From the NCBI GenBank assembly GCA_965218435.1, contig CBDCKW010000009.1, positions 192,001 through 256,000 on the forward strand: a DNA stretch of 64,000 bases, read 5' to 3'. The stretch's first letter is position 1; the number at the start of each line of letters is the position of its first letter. Below the pieces are notes generated by a model. It saw only the letters and a program-made list of their open reading frames with translations. It was not told the DNA's origin and searched no databases. A program made the position numbers and the translations under genes. The stretch comes from Truepera sp. GTDB taxonomy: Bacteria > Deinococcota > Deinococci > Deinococcales > Trueperaceae. This document shows, piece by piece, positions 10,291 to 20,801 of the stretch.

Positions 10291-10327
10291 TTCAGCCAGT
10301 TAGCTTAGCAACTGGTTGAAACCAGTT
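10291..10327. promoter_or_regulatory. Candidate repressor operator upstream of the sulfatase
   Basis: Palindrome AACTGGTT-GA-AACCAGTT (10310-10327) plus a third half-site TTCAGCCAGTT (10291-10301). Confidence 0.5.
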
Positions 10328-10640
10328 CAAAAAGAGCTTGGCAGGGCTAGGCGAGCGAGACAAAACGTCAGTTTAAGTTTGGTAACAACATGCTTGGCAC
10401 ACCCGAAATTTTAAGAGTAATCAATGAATGGCTGCATATTTAGTGCGGCGGTTGCGCTCAACTACTGCCTAACGCTTGGGGTCAGGGACTGCAACGGTGT
10501 TTAGCGTTGGTTTCAGTGTAGTTCAGCATGATTTAAGGCAACCTCGAGAACTTTGACAAAACGAGTTGACCTTATAGTGATTGGTCAAGCGACCTACGTT
10601 GCCACCACCGAGTTAGACCCACACCTAAGGCAAAAGTTAT

Positions 10641-11516
10641 TTAGCCCATACTGTTTTTTAGATGCTGCAAACTCCCGGCAACTTCAGCTTCACTAAGCCC
10701 ATGAAGGAGAATGGCTCCGCCAAACCCAATCTCTCGCAAAAGCCTCAGATAGTGCCTGTAGTCAAGCTTTCCTTTCCCTGCGGCTACGTCTCCTGCTTGA
10801 CCATCTTCTACAATGTCTTTGGCGTGAGCCAGAACAATGTCCGCTGCCAAAAGGTGGGCAGCCTCGGTCATAAGCTGATGCATGTGATTTAGACCCCCTT
10901 TGGGGAAGATATTGGCAGGGTCAAAGATAACTTTAAGCCGAGGGGAAGCTATCTCAGCTAGCAAGCCTCGAGCCTTTCTGGGAGAGTCGATAACCAGATT
11001 GACCTCGGGCTCAAAGGCCAGCACCCGGTCGTAGGTTTCTGCCATAGCGAGCGCCTCGCTTAGGGAGTCAAGCAGGTCTCGATAGGCTTGGGGTTCGTGA
11101 TTAGCCGGGTGATAACGCCACATTTGCTCCGGGTCACGGGTACCGGTGCAAAGCGCCAGTATCTCGATGTCAAGTGCTTTTGCCAGCTTCATCAGCGGCT
11201 CGAGCTGCCTTAAGCCCGCGTTACGCTGTTCTTTATCAGGGTGAATCATATTAAAGTAGGCAGCCAGCGAAACTATCGTAATGCCTTGTTCCCGGCAGGC
11301 GCTTTGTACCTTTTGGATGAGCCCCTCACTTATCGACGCTGCTAAAGGTAACGTATCCGTCCCTGCTAAGGTTGCCAAGCCCAACGAACTCAAATTTAGT
11401 TCGATGGTCGCCATCCCGTGAGCCTTAACAGCCTCTAGCACGCCCTTAAAATTTGAAGACTTAAAGGTATTGGCAAAAATACCTATCGGGTTAGCTGGGT
11501 TCTCGAGGTGTTCCAT
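10641..11516 (-). CDS. Sugar phosphate isomerase/epimerase (xylose-isomerase-like TIM barrel)
   Basis: LAFEPE, FDPAN, AHAKD and GKGKLDY motifs. Confidence 0.88.
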   Translation of the reverse strand: MEHLENPANPIGIFANTFKSSNFKGVLEAVKAHGMATIELNLSSLGLATLAGTDTLPLAASISEGLIQKVQSACREQGITIVSLAAYFNMIHPDKEQRNAGLRQLEPLMKLAKALDIEILALCTGTRDPEQMWRYHPANHEPQAYRDLLDSLSEALAMAETYDRVLAFEPEVNLVIDSPRKARGLLAEIASPRLKVIFDPANIFPKGGLNHMHQLMTEAAHLLAADIVLAHAKDIVEDGQAGDVAAGKGKLDYRHYLRLLREIGFGGAILLHGLSEAEVAGSLQHLKNSMG

Positions 11517-11898
11517 TTAGTTATCCTTAGAATCGGTCTAAAACCTCTGTTCATCGGCGTCTTAGGTTGAAGATAACTTAACACCCATGTGTACTTTGCT
11601 ACCGATAAACATATCGCCGCTCCAACACAAAATGGAGTGCCTCTTTATGCGTACAACGGCCCGATAGACGCATGGGCTATACCGAATCTTAGTGCAATCA
11701 AACGGTTAGCTGATCGGGCTAAACAACGGCTGGTGTATCAAGTATGTTATGACCCTAAGTTTGCGCCGGAGCCCTGATAAGGAGTCCTAACATAAAAAGA
11801 GCTCTACATAAAGTAGGTGGCGGGGTCGCGGCAATACTGAGCTACGAGCAAAACTTCTAAGTGTTAAGACAACCCAAGTTGTAAACGGTCAGCTGAAC

Positions 11899-11928
11899 TT
11901 GACATATTGTCTGCCGGACTTTTATTAT
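11899..11928 (+). promoter_or_regulatory. Sigma70-type promoter candidate for the arabinan ABC operon
   Basis: TTGACA-N18-TATTAT, followed by a GTGATCAC palindrome near +1. Confidence 0.5.
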
Positions 11929-12331
11929 GCGGGTGATCACATATAGAGAAGGTTGCCCAAAACGAGGGGAGACCTGTCGGCGACTTGTTGACTCAAAGCA
12001 GATGAAGGGACGCGCCCACCTCACTCGCGCTATGGGGGCTACTTTAGAGGTGATCTATCTTTAGGGAGGTGACGGTAGGACTAACCAGACTGAGCGGTGT
12101 TTTAGACGTAAGCACGAGTAAACGCGTAGCTGACGAAAGGAAAATTATGCTCGAGCTGTTGGGCTGTCTGGCTTTTACGGGGCTATCCTGACCGGCGCGC
12201 TCCGCTGCTACTCAGCCCGGTTCCAGGCCAACTTGTATCTGAATTTGCACGTGTCTAAGTGATCGCCTAAGTAATTGTCGCCGGCTCACCTATTCTCTAG
12301 CTGATAAATCAGCTCTTTCAGGAGGGACATC

Positions 12332-13645
12332 ATGAAGCGCAACCCCTTTGTACCGCTCTTTGCGGCGCTTTCCGTCACGCTTGTTAGCGTCGCCGTAGCG
12401 CAAGACACGCCCGAGCCCGAGGTTACCGAACTCGGCTCCGGCGGTACCCAGATTTCATTTTGGAACGGACTGTCGGGTTCCGACGGTGTCACGCTCAACC
12501 AGATGCTCCAACAGTTCGTTAAAGAGAACCCGGATATTTCGGTCCGCACCGAGATTATCGATTGGAACTCGCTTTACCCCAAACTCCAAGCCGCGTTTGT
12601 CGCCGGTCAGCCGCCCGATGTATTTCTGCTTCACGCTTCGGAGATTCCGCAGTTCCAGAGTCTCGGCGTCCTGAAAGACCTCAGCTACCTCTATGACACC
12701 AACGGGGGTCCGCTACCCGCAGCTGACTTTGCCGAACCCGGTTTCGACGGGGTGAAAGTAGATGGTGTTCCTTACGGCGTCGAACTCGACAACCACGGCC
12801 GCGGTACCTGGGCTAACTCAGACCTACTCAAAAAAGCCGGGGTCGAACCGAAAATCCCCAACAACTTTGATGACCTCGTGGCGATGTTGCAAAAGCTCAC
12901 ACTGGACAAAAACGGTAATAACGCGGCTTCGCCCGATTTTGACCCGGCCAATGTAACGCAGTGGGGTACGGCGCTCGGGGAATACCCGCTGGTTGACTTT
13001 GAAGGTTTTGTCTGGCAGCACGGCGGCAACATTATGAGTGAAGACGGCAAGACAGCGACGGTCAACTCTGAAGAGGCGATGGCCGCTTTGCAGCAGATGC
13101 ACGATATGATCTACAAGTATCACGTCTCACCGGCTCCGGCGGGGTTCGATACCTGGCAGAGCTGGGCGGGTGGCAAGGTTGCTATTCTCCCTACCGGTAC
13201 CTGGTTCCGTAACTTTGCTGCCGAACAGACCGATATCAAGTCGCAAGCCTTACCCTTTTTCCAGTTTGGTGCACAACCGGCGACCTGGTTTGGCGCACAT
13301 ACCTTTATGCTCCCGGCCAGTGCTTCAGGTGACAAGCTTGCCGCAGCCGAAAAGATGATCGAGTGGGTCAGCGATCATCAGGTGTTGTGGGCGGCGTCGG
13401 GTCAGGTACCTTCACGGGTCTCAGCACAAAAAGATCTGAGCTCGGAAAAATACCCGTCAAATATTACGATCGGTAAAACCTTCCGCGAGTACGGGCATAT
13501 GTCACCTGAAAGCAAGGCGGAATTGGAACTCAACGCCGCGCTCGATCCTGAGATAGGGTCCGCGCTCAACAACGACAAATCCGTCGAACAAGCACTGAAC
13601 GACGCAAATGCGCGGATGCAGGGGATTTTAGACCGTATCCAGTAG
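12332..13645 (+). CDS. Sugar ABC transporter solute-binding protein
   Basis: Signal peptide; FWNGLSGSDG and GQPPDVF; AGGAGG SD; precedes permeases. Confidence 0.92.
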   Translation: MKRNPFVPLFAALSVTLVSVAVAQDTPEPEVTELGSGGTQISFWNGLSGSDGVTLNQMLQQFVKENPDISVRTEIIDWNSLYPKLQAAFVAGQPPDVFLLHASEIPQFQSLGVLKDLSYLYDTNGGPLPAADFAEPGFDGVKVDGVPYGVELDNHGRGTWANSDLLKKAGVEPKIPNNFDDLVAMLQKLTLDKNGNNAASPDFDPANVTQWGTALGEYPLVDFEGFVWQHGGNIMSEDGKTATVNSEEAMAALQQMHDMIYKYHVSPAPAGFDTWQSWAGGKVAILPTGTWFRNFAAEQTDIKSQALPFFQFGAQPATWFGAHTFMLPASASGDKLAAAEKMIEWVSDHQVLWAASGQVPSRVSAQKDLSSEKYPSNITIGKTFREYGHMSPESKAELELNAALDPEIGSALNNDKSVEQALNDANARMQGILDRIQ

Positions 13646-13664
13646 GGTATTCGTTCGCTAAAGG

Positions 13665-13692
13665 AGCGGGATCGGGTTGCCCTGATCCCGCT
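13665..13692 (+). terminator. Intercistronic stem-loop
   Basis: AGCGGGATCGGG...CCTGATCCCGCT between the SBP and permease genes. Confidence 0.55.
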
Positions 13693-13711
13693 TAGTTTGA
13701 AGGAGTGCATT

Positions 13712-14650
13712 ATGGCAAAGGTGAAACCGTCACTCTCGAGTGCGGGCGCTAGGCAACAAGGCAAAAGGTTTGGTCTAGGTCTAAAGGGTCGCGAGGTCGC
13801 GGCTGCTTACTTGTTTCTCGCGCCGTTTCTCATCTTCTTCGCTATTTTCGTCGCTAGGGCTGTGGGTTACGCCGTCTACATGAGTTTTTTCGATTGGCCG
13901 GTGCTTTCTACGGTCAAACCGTTTATCGGCTTGGGTAACTATAAAGAGCTTATGAACGATAGCGTCTGGTGGCTGTCGCTAAAAAACACGCTTTATTTTG
14001 CGATTATGACGGTGATTGGGACTACCGTGGTCGCGTTATTTGCAGCGATGGCGATTACCCGGTTGAGGCATGCCCAGGGGTTTTTTCGCGTTGTTCTTTA
14101 TCTGCCAGGGCTCCTTTCGGTCGGGGTGATCGGGCTCACCTGGGTTTGGCTACTTAATACCCAGTTCGGCATTGTTAACTACGGCTTGAGCTTTTTCGGC
14201 GTGCGGCCGATTAACTGGTTGGGAGACGGTAAGCTGGTGATTCCGGCGCTCAGCTTGACCTCGATCTGGTGGGGTTTCGGCTTTCCCATGCTGATTTTTA
14301 TCGCTGGACTTCAGGGGATCCCCGAATCGCTCTACGAGGCGGCGCGGATAGATGGGGCGAAAAGTCGGCAAATTTTCCAGAGCATCACTTTGCCGCTTCT
14401 ACGCCCGACGATTTTGTTTGTGACCGTCACCGGGCTTATCGCTAACTTTCAGGTGTTCGGTCAGCCGTTCATCATGACGCGCGGCGGGCCAGGACGCGAC
14501 TCGTATACCGCGATTTTTTATCTTTACCAAGTCGCCTGGCAAGCGTTTCGCATGGGCTACGGCTCAGCGGTCGCGGTCGCTCTAGCGGTTATCGTCATTG
14601 CTGTCACCGTCGTTCAGTTTGCTATTTTGGGGCGACGGGTCGAGTACTGA
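13712..14650 (+). CDS. Sugar ABC permease (MalF type)
   Basis: YEAARIDGA, GGPG, MGYGSA; AAGGAG SD before ATG 13712. Confidence 0.92.
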   Translation: MAKVKPSLSSAGARQQGKRFGLGLKGREVAAAYLFLAPFLIFFAIFVARAVGYAVYMSFFDWPVLSTVKPFIGLGNYKELMNDSVWWLSLKNTLYFAIMTVIGTTVVALFAAMAITRLRHAQGFFRVVLYLPGLLSVGVIGLTWVWLLNTQFGIVNYGLSFFGVRPINWLGDGKLVIPALSLTSIWWGFGFPMLIFIAGLQGIPESLYEAARIDGAKSRQIFQSITLPLLRPTILFVTVTGLIANFQVFGQPFIMTRGGPGRDSYTAIFYLYQVAWQAFRMGYGSAVAVALAVIVIAVTVVQFAILGRRVEY

Positions 14651-14682
14651 TTTCTATCAACCTCACCGAGTAAGGGGGCTTT

Positions 14683-15516
14683 ATGTCTAGCAAGCGCCGC
14701 AACATTCCGGCCTATGTGTATCTGATCATCTTGAGCTTAATCATTTTAGTGCCGCTCATTATCATTTTTTCACAGTCTTTGATGGGTAACCAAGAGATCA
14801 ACCGCTGGCCGCCGAAACTTATTACGTTGACGCCCAACTTTTCCAACTACGTCAACATGTTTACTCGGCAAGACCTGAAGTTAGCCCGCTGGTTGGCCAA
14901 CAGTATCTTCGCGGCAACGGCTTACACGCTGGCAGTCTTTGCCATCTGTGCGCCCGCGGCCTACGCGTTTGCGCGGCTCCGCTTTCCGGGGAACAATATC
15001 CTCTTTTTCCTGCTGCTGGCGACGGTGATGGTGCCAAGTCAAACAACGCTGATTCCCAACTTTCTCCTGATGCGCGACCTGCACTTTATTGACACCTTTA
15101 ACGCGCTGATTTGGCCGGGGGCGGCCAATGTGTTTGCGGTGTTCTTGCTCCGGCAGTTTTTTATGCAGCTTCCTAGGGAACTTGAGGAAGCCGCGGTGCT
15201 CGACGGGGCGAGCTATTGGGGGCGGTTCTGGCGGATTGTGATGCCGCTGTCAACCAACGCGCTCACGGCGCTCGGGATTTTCGTCTTTTTAGCGCACTAT
15301 AACGACCTGTTCTGGCCACTGATTGTCACCAACAGCATCGAGATGCGCACGCTTCCAGTTGGTTTGACCCTGCTCAACTTTTCCTATGGCGGCATGGAGC
15401 GCCCCTTGGTTTTAGCCGGGGCAGTCTTTGCGTCGGTGCCGATTTTAATCGTGTACGTCTTGTTTCAGCGGCAAATTATCGAAGGGGTGACGATGACCGG
15501 GATGGGTGGACGGTAG
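14683..15516 (+). CDS. Sugar ABC permease (MalG type)
   Basis: LEEAAVLDGA; NDLFWPL. Confidence 0.92.
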   Translation: MSSKRRNIPAYVYLIILSLIILVPLIIIFSQSLMGNQEINRWPPKLITLTPNFSNYVNMFTRQDLKLARWLANSIFAATAYTLAVFAICAPAAYAFARLRFPGNNILFFLLLATVMVPSQTTLIPNFLLMRDLHFIDTFNALIWPGAANVFAVFLLRQFFMQLPRELEEAAVLDGASYWGRFWRIVMPLSTNALTALGIFVFLAHYNDLFWPLIVTNSIEMRTLPVGLTLLNFSYGGMERPLVLAGAVFASVPILIVYVLFQRQIIEGVTMTGMGGR

Positions 15517-15567
15517 TGTGAGGGTTGTAAACCTACTGAGTGTAACCCCGGCGGCTTCGCCCCATTT

Positions 15568-17421
15568 ATGCATGGCTACCACGTGCCGTTAAGGATAGTT
15601 AGGCGAGGTGTCGTATCCAAGCCCAAGCTCGAGCGGACGTTCAAGCTGGTCAGCCTTACGGCCGTTGCCTGTGTGGTCGGCTGCGCAGCACTAGCCGCTG
15701 CTCCCTGGCAAACAAAGGAGAGTCCCTTGATGACGCGTTGGGCCGAAGAGGTCACGCCGGAAAACGTTCACGCCGAGTATCCGCGCCCGCAGCTGGTCCG
15801 GGAGCGGTGGCGCAACCTCAACGGGTTGTGGGAGTTTGCGCTACAACCGGCGCTAAACAGAGAGGAACCCATGGCGTTTGACCAAACCATCTTGGTACCA
15901 TTTCCCCCTGAATCCGCGCTTTCAGGTGTGATGACGCGTGTGGACGGTCAACGCCTCTGGTATCGCCGCACCTTTGCGGTGCCGAAAGCGTGGGCGGGGC
16001 AGCGCGTCTTGCTGCACTTCGGCGCAGTGGATTGGGACACGTCCGTCTGGCTCAACGGCGCTCAAGTTGGCGAGCACAAGGGCGGCTACGACTCGTTTTC
16101 TTTCGACATTACCGACGCCGTAAAAGATGAGGGTCAGCAGACGCTGACGCTCAGCGTGTGGGACCCGTCGGATTCTTGGACGCAGCCACGTGGCAAACAG
16201 GTTGGGCGGCCTGAAGGCATCTGGTACACCCCGAGTTCGGGGATTTGGCAAACAGTCTGGCTCGAGCCCGTCCCGCAAACGCATATCACGGGGCTAAAGC
16301 TCGAGCCTGACGTTGACGCGGGCGTCCTCAAGGTAAGTGCTGCTACGGCTGGGGGTAAAGGCGACTATACCGTCGAAGTTTCTGTGCTGGACGGGAAAGC
16401 TGTCGCTGAGGCTACCGGAGCTGTCGGTCAAACGCTTTCGTTACCTATTGCCAACGCTAAACTCTGGTCACCGGATCATCCGTTTTTGTATGACCTTTCG
16501 GTTCGTTTACTGCAATCCGGCAAGGTGATCGACCAAGTAACGAGCTACGCTGGGATGCGTAAAATTTCGCTCGGTCAAGACGAGGCGGGCGTCACCCGCT
16601 TACTCCTCAACAACCAGCCGCTGTTTCAGTTCGGCGTACTAGACCAGGGCTTTTGGCCCGATGGTCTTTACACCGCGCCCACCGACGACGCCCTCCGCTA
16701 CGACCTGGAAGCTGCCAAAAAGCTCGGTTTTAACACCGTGCGTAAACACGTCAAGGTCGAACCGGCCCGCTGGTACTACTGGGCGGATAAACTTGGGGTG
16801 TTGGTGTGGCAAGATATGCCGAGCGGTGACGCGCTCGTCGACCAAGGTGAAGGTGAATTAAAGCGCGACAAAGACTCGGCCGAGCAGTTTGAGTTAGAAC
16901 TTAAACGCCTGCTTGACACCCACATAAATCACCCTTCTATCATAATGTGGGTTTTGTTTAACGAAGGCTGGGGGCAGTACGACACCGTGCGGCTGACCGA
17001 GTGGCTGAAAACGTATGACCCCTCGAGGCTCGTTGATAGCGTCAGCGGGTGGAACGACATGAACGTCGGCGATGTTCACGATATTCATAACTACCCCGAC
17101 CCGCTCGCGCCGCCGCAAGAACCAAACCGCGCCGCTGTACTAGGCGAATTCGGCGGTCTCGGGTTACCCCTTAAAGGGCACACCTGGCAAGACCAAGCCA
17201 ACTGGGGCTACCAAGACTACAAAAACGCAGACGCACTTTTAAGCGCGTACCGAACGATGCTAAAAACTGTTCGTACCCTCAGCGAATCGCAGGGTCTGGC
17301 CGCCGCTATCTATACCCAACTGACCGATGTTGAAACTGAAGTGAACGGTCTGCTGACTTATGATAGAGCGCAGTTCAAACTGCCTGAAACGCCCTTTCTA
17401 AATGGAGCGGGGACAAAGTAA
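15568..17421 (+). CDS. Glycoside hydrolase family 2 (secreted; start uncertain)
   Basis: EYPRPQL, LHFGAVDW, LDQGFWPDG, RKHVKVEP, FNEGWGQ, GEFGG, YTQLTDVE. Confidence 0.88.
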   Translation: MHGYHVPLRIVRRGVVSKPKLERTFKLVSLTAVACVVGCAALAAAPWQTKESPLMTRWAEEVTPENVHAEYPRPQLVRERWRNLNGLWEFALQPALNREEPMAFDQTILVPFPPESALSGVMTRVDGQRLWYRRTFAVPKAWAGQRVLLHFGAVDWDTSVWLNGAQVGEHKGGYDSFSFDITDAVKDEGQQTLTLSVWDPSDSWTQPRGKQVGRPEGIWYTPSSGIWQTVWLEPVPQTHITGLKLEPDVDAGVLKVSAATAGGKGDYTVEVSVLDGKAVAEATGAVGQTLSLPIANAKLWSPDHPFLYDLSVRLLQSGKVIDQVTSYAGMRKISLGQDEAGVTRLLLNNQPLFQFGVLDQGFWPDGLYTAPTDDALRYDLEAAKKLGFNTVRKHVKVEPARWYYWADKLGVLVWQDMPSGDALVDQGEGELKRDKDSAEQFELELKRLLDTHINHPSIIMWVLFNEGWGQYDTVRLTEWLKTYDPSRLVDSVSGWNDMNVGDVHDIHNYPDPLAPPQEPNRAAVLGEFGGLGLPLKGHTWQDQANWGYQDYKNADALLSAYRTMLKTVRTLSESQGLAAAIYTQLTDVETEVNGLLTYDRAQFKLPETPFLNGAGTK

Positions 17422-18443
17422 TGAAGTACCGACGGCTTTGGACGTTAGTTTTAGCGATGCTGGGAGGCTATACGGCAGCACAAACGGACGCCAAGACCTA
17501 TACCAATCCTGTTGTCACCCCTGTTGCTGCCGATCCGAGCGTGATGCGTGCGCCGGACGGGACGTACTACCTCTACGCCACGCAGGACGATTGGGCCGAC
17601 GGTCAGGGTAGCCACTACTTACCCATCTTTAAGTCTGACGACCTCGTGACCTGGACGTTCGTCGCCGACGCCTTAGCTGCGCCGCCAAGTTGGAAAGACA
17701 ACGGCGGCTTTACCTGGGCACCTGACATTTCTTTTAGGGACGGCACCTATTCCCTCTACTACGCGGCGTCCTTGTGGGGTGACCCCAACCCGTGTATCGG
17801 GCTGGCGACGTCAAAGAACCCTGAAGGGCCTTTTACGGATCTGGGCCGCGCCGTCTTTTGCTCGCAGGACATCGGCGTCAAAAACTCGATTGATCCTTTT
17901 ATCTGGCAAGGTGACGGAGCGCGGACGCTCGTTTGGGGGAGCTTCGGCGGAATCTACGCCGTCAAGCTGAGTGAGGACGGGACGAAAGCGGTGGGGGAGA
18001 CCACACAACTGGCGGACGACCGTTTTGAAGGGGCTTACCTCGTACAGCGCAAGGGCAACTATTATCTCTTCGTTTCCTCGGGAAGTTGCTGCGATGGCGA
18101 AAACAGCACCTATACCCTTTACGTCGGGCGTTCAAAAAAGCTCTTAGGGCCTTACCTGGACAAAAAAGGTGAGAGTTTATTGCAGGGCGGCGGCACTGTT
18201 GTGCTGGCTGCCAACGACACCTGGGTCGGGCCGGGGCACAACTCGGTCATTCAAGATAGCGCGGGGACCGATTGGCTTTTTTACCACGCCATTCCGCGTG
18301 ACGACCCCAGACTGACCAACGGCGTCAACCGCCGTCCGGCGCTGCTCGAGAAGATCACCTGGCAAGGTGGCTGGCCCATAGTCAATGGGGGCAGAGGGCC
18401 GAGTGTGAGCCCGCAACCCGTCCCGACGGTTTCTGCACCTTAA
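17421..18443 (+). CDS. Glycoside hydrolase family 43 (arabinanase/arabinofuranosidase-like)
   Basis: ADPS, WAPD, IDP, FEG and GPGHNS motifs; signal peptide; TAATG coupling to GH2. Confidence 0.9.
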   Translation: MKYRRLWTLVLAMLGGYTAAQTDAKTYTNPVVTPVAADPSVMRAPDGTYYLYATQDDWADGQGSHYLPIFKSDDLVTWTFVADALAAPPSWKDNGGFTWAPDISFRDGTYSLYYAASLWGDPNPCIGLATSKNPEGPFTDLGRAVFCSQDIGVKNSIDPFIWQGDGARTLVWGSFGGIYAVKLSEDGTKAVGETTQLADDRFEGAYLVQRKGNYYLFVSSGSCCDGENSTYTLYVGRSKKLLGPYLDKKGESLLQGGGTVVLAANDTWVGPGHNSVIQDSAGTDWLFYHAIPRDDPRLTNGVNRRPALLEKITWQGGWPIVNGGRGPSVSPQPVPTVSAP

Positions 18444-18492
18444 CTGATGTACCCAATGATGTACCAACGCCCAACCTGAACCGGAGAAAAAT

Positions 18493-19977
18493 ATGGCCAG
18501 CACCATCAAACTGGATTTAGACCGCAAGCTTGGAACCGTTGAACGCAACGTCTTCGGCGGTTTCGCCGAACACTTGGGCCGCTGCATCTACGGCGGGATT
18601 TACGACCCGGACTCGCCGCACGCTGACGAGAACGGGTTGCGCACAGATGTGTTGGGCGTGCTCCGGCGGCTCAATATGCCGAATATCCGCTATCCCGGTG
18701 GCAACTTCGTCTCGGGCTACCGCTGGCGCGACGGGGTGGGGCCGAAAGAAGACCGTCCTGCGCGGATGGAACTCGCGTGGCACGCCACCGAGCCCAACAC
18801 CTTCGGTACGAATGAGTTTATAGATTTCTGTAAAAAGTTAGGTGCGGAACCGTACCTGGCCGTCAACTGCGGTGACGGCGATATGCGGGAGGCGCGCGAC
18901 TGGCTCGAGTACTGTAACGGTACCCAAGACACCGCGCTCGTCAAGCTCAGAAAAGCGCACGGTTACGACGCGCCGCATAACGTCAAATACTGGGGGATCG
19001 GCAACGAAGTGGACGGCCCCTGGCAGATCGGCTTTAAGACCGCCGAAGAGTACGCTCGCGCCTACACCGAATTCGCCAAAGTCATGAAATGGACCGACCC
19101 GACGATCAAGCTGTTTGCTTCGGCGGTGTCGTCGTGGGAACATGACTGGCCCCTGCGGGCGCAGCTTCTCTTAGAGCAAGCGGGCAACTTAATCGATTAT
19201 ATGGCGCTGCACTGGTACGTCGGCAATGACGCTGACCGGGGTTACCGAAGCGACGATTTTGCCTCGTACATGGCGGTGTCTGAAATCCTCGAGGACCGCC
19301 TCAGCTCGTTTGAGGGACTGGTACGTGCGCTCAGGTTTAGCAACAAGCTTCAGAACCCTATCTACCTCGCGGTAGACGAGTGGAACGTCTGGTACCGCAG
19401 CAGCGGCGAAGACGAAGATCAGTTGGAAGAGGTTTACAACTTGGAGGACGCGCTCGTCACAGGGTTGCAGCTCAACGCTTTTATCCGGCACGCCGGGAGC
19501 GTCAAGTTTGCCAACCTCGCGCAGATCGTCAACGTCATCGCGCCGATTCTGACGCGCCCGGACGGTTTGCTGCTTCAGACCATTTTTTATCCCTTTGAGC
19601 TTTACAGCCGCACGGCTGGCGATACGGCGCTCGACGTCCACTGGTCGGGCGACACCTTTTCGACGCCGGAACACGAGGCGCTGCGTTTGTTAGATGTCTC
19701 GGCAACGCTCGACACGGCGTCGAAAAAAGTCTCGGTGTTTGTCGTAAACCGCAGCCCTGAGCGGGAGATTGAAACCGAAGTGAAGCTCTCGGAAGGTCAA
19801 TTTGCGGGGTCCGGGCAGGCGTTTGTCATTAACGGAGCCGATATTAAAACTACGAACACGTTTGACGCGCCGGACGGGGTAACGACTCGTGAAGACACCT
19901 TGCAGGCGAGCGGGACAGCGGTAACGTACACCTTCGAGCCGCATTCGGTGACGGCGCTCGTTTTTGACCTAGCTTAA
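18493..19977 (+). CDS. abfA: Alpha-L-arabinofuranosidase (GH51)
   Basis: FAEHLGRCIYGG, RYPGGNF, GNE, DEWNVW, AQIVNVI. Confidence 0.92.
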   Translation: MASTIKLDLDRKLGTVERNVFGGFAEHLGRCIYGGIYDPDSPHADENGLRTDVLGVLRRLNMPNIRYPGGNFVSGYRWRDGVGPKEDRPARMELAWHATEPNTFGTNEFIDFCKKLGAEPYLAVNCGDGDMREARDWLEYCNGTQDTALVKLRKAHGYDAPHNVKYWGIGNEVDGPWQIGFKTAEEYARAYTEFAKVMKWTDPTIKLFASAVSSWEHDWPLRAQLLLEQAGNLIDYMALHWYVGNDADRGYRSDDFASYMAVSEILEDRLSSFEGLVRALRFSNKLQNPIYLAVDEWNVWYRSSGEDEDQLEEVYNLEDALVTGLQLNAFIRHAGSVKFANLAQIVNVIAPILTRPDGLLLQTIFYPFELYSRTAGDTALDVHWSGDTFSTPEHEALRLLDVSATLDTASKKVSVFVVNRSPEREIETEVKLSEGQFAGSGQAFVINGADIKTTNTFDAPDGVTTREDTLQASGTAVTYTFEPHSVTALVFDLA

Positions 19978-20501
19978 AGGAGCTTCGGAACCAGAAAAGA
20001 TGATTGGGGTGTCCTCATCACCTCGGCCTGTCGCTCTTTGTACAGTTGCTACTTTACGGCCGCAGATGGCACCCTTTCAGTTTGCCTCAGGCTAACCCTA
20101 GCTTGAGGCTGCCTACGCCAATAGGGACCGAGCGAGGACCAAGCGAGAATTTGTCCCGGGCCGAAGGTGGAGTGCCAGGCGAGCGCGTAAGCGACTTACT
20201 TCCCGGCTGCTCAACTTGATATAGGATCATCCCTTATTCAAGCACTTTGGCGCGTAGGGACGCTAAACAGGCGCAGGCCAAGCATGGTATACCGGTATCA
20301 GCCTGAAGATGATTTCGCCCTGTATTCGGGCTTTTTGAAGGCTGTGGAGCTGGTTTCGCCAGCCCAGCGTACACCTGCTAGCTGAGCCACTCGTTGAAAA
20401 AACGTGTTTCCAGGCGCGAAGGCTAAGGTCGTAGCTGAGCTCTGATGTTCACCCGATAAAACGGAGACCGAGTTAAGCCTCTGATGCACAATGGAGGCGA
20501 T

Positions 20502-20801
20502 ATGAAAGAACGTAGGGTCTACACGGCGGAATTCAAGCGCGAAGCGGTCAGGTTGAGTGAACAAGCGGGGGTAAGCGTGGCTCAGATCGCCCAGGAACTG
20601 GGCGTGTCCGACTACAGCCTTTACAAGTGGCGGAAACAGGCGCGTGAGGGCGGCGAGCTGGCCTTTCCCGGGAACGGCAAGGTCGCTTTAACCGCCGAGC
20701 AGCAAGAGAACGTGCGCTTGAAAAAAGAACTCGAGCGGGTGATACAGGAGCGTGACATCTTAAAAAAAGCGGTCAAGTTCTTTGCCGGGGAAAGTCGGTG
20801 A
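20502..20801 (+). CDS. IS3 transposase OrfA (HTH)
   Basis: YTAEFKREAV...ERDILKKA; GGAGG SD. Confidence 0.9.
   Translation: MKERRVYTAEFKREAVRLSEQAGVSVAQIAQELGVSDYSLYKWRKQAREGGELAFPGNGKVALTAEQQENVRLKKELERVIQERDILKKAVKFFAGESR

Noticed and set aside
11589..11777. 62-aa ORF
   Set aside because: No clear SD or motif; may be a gene relic but cannot be supported.
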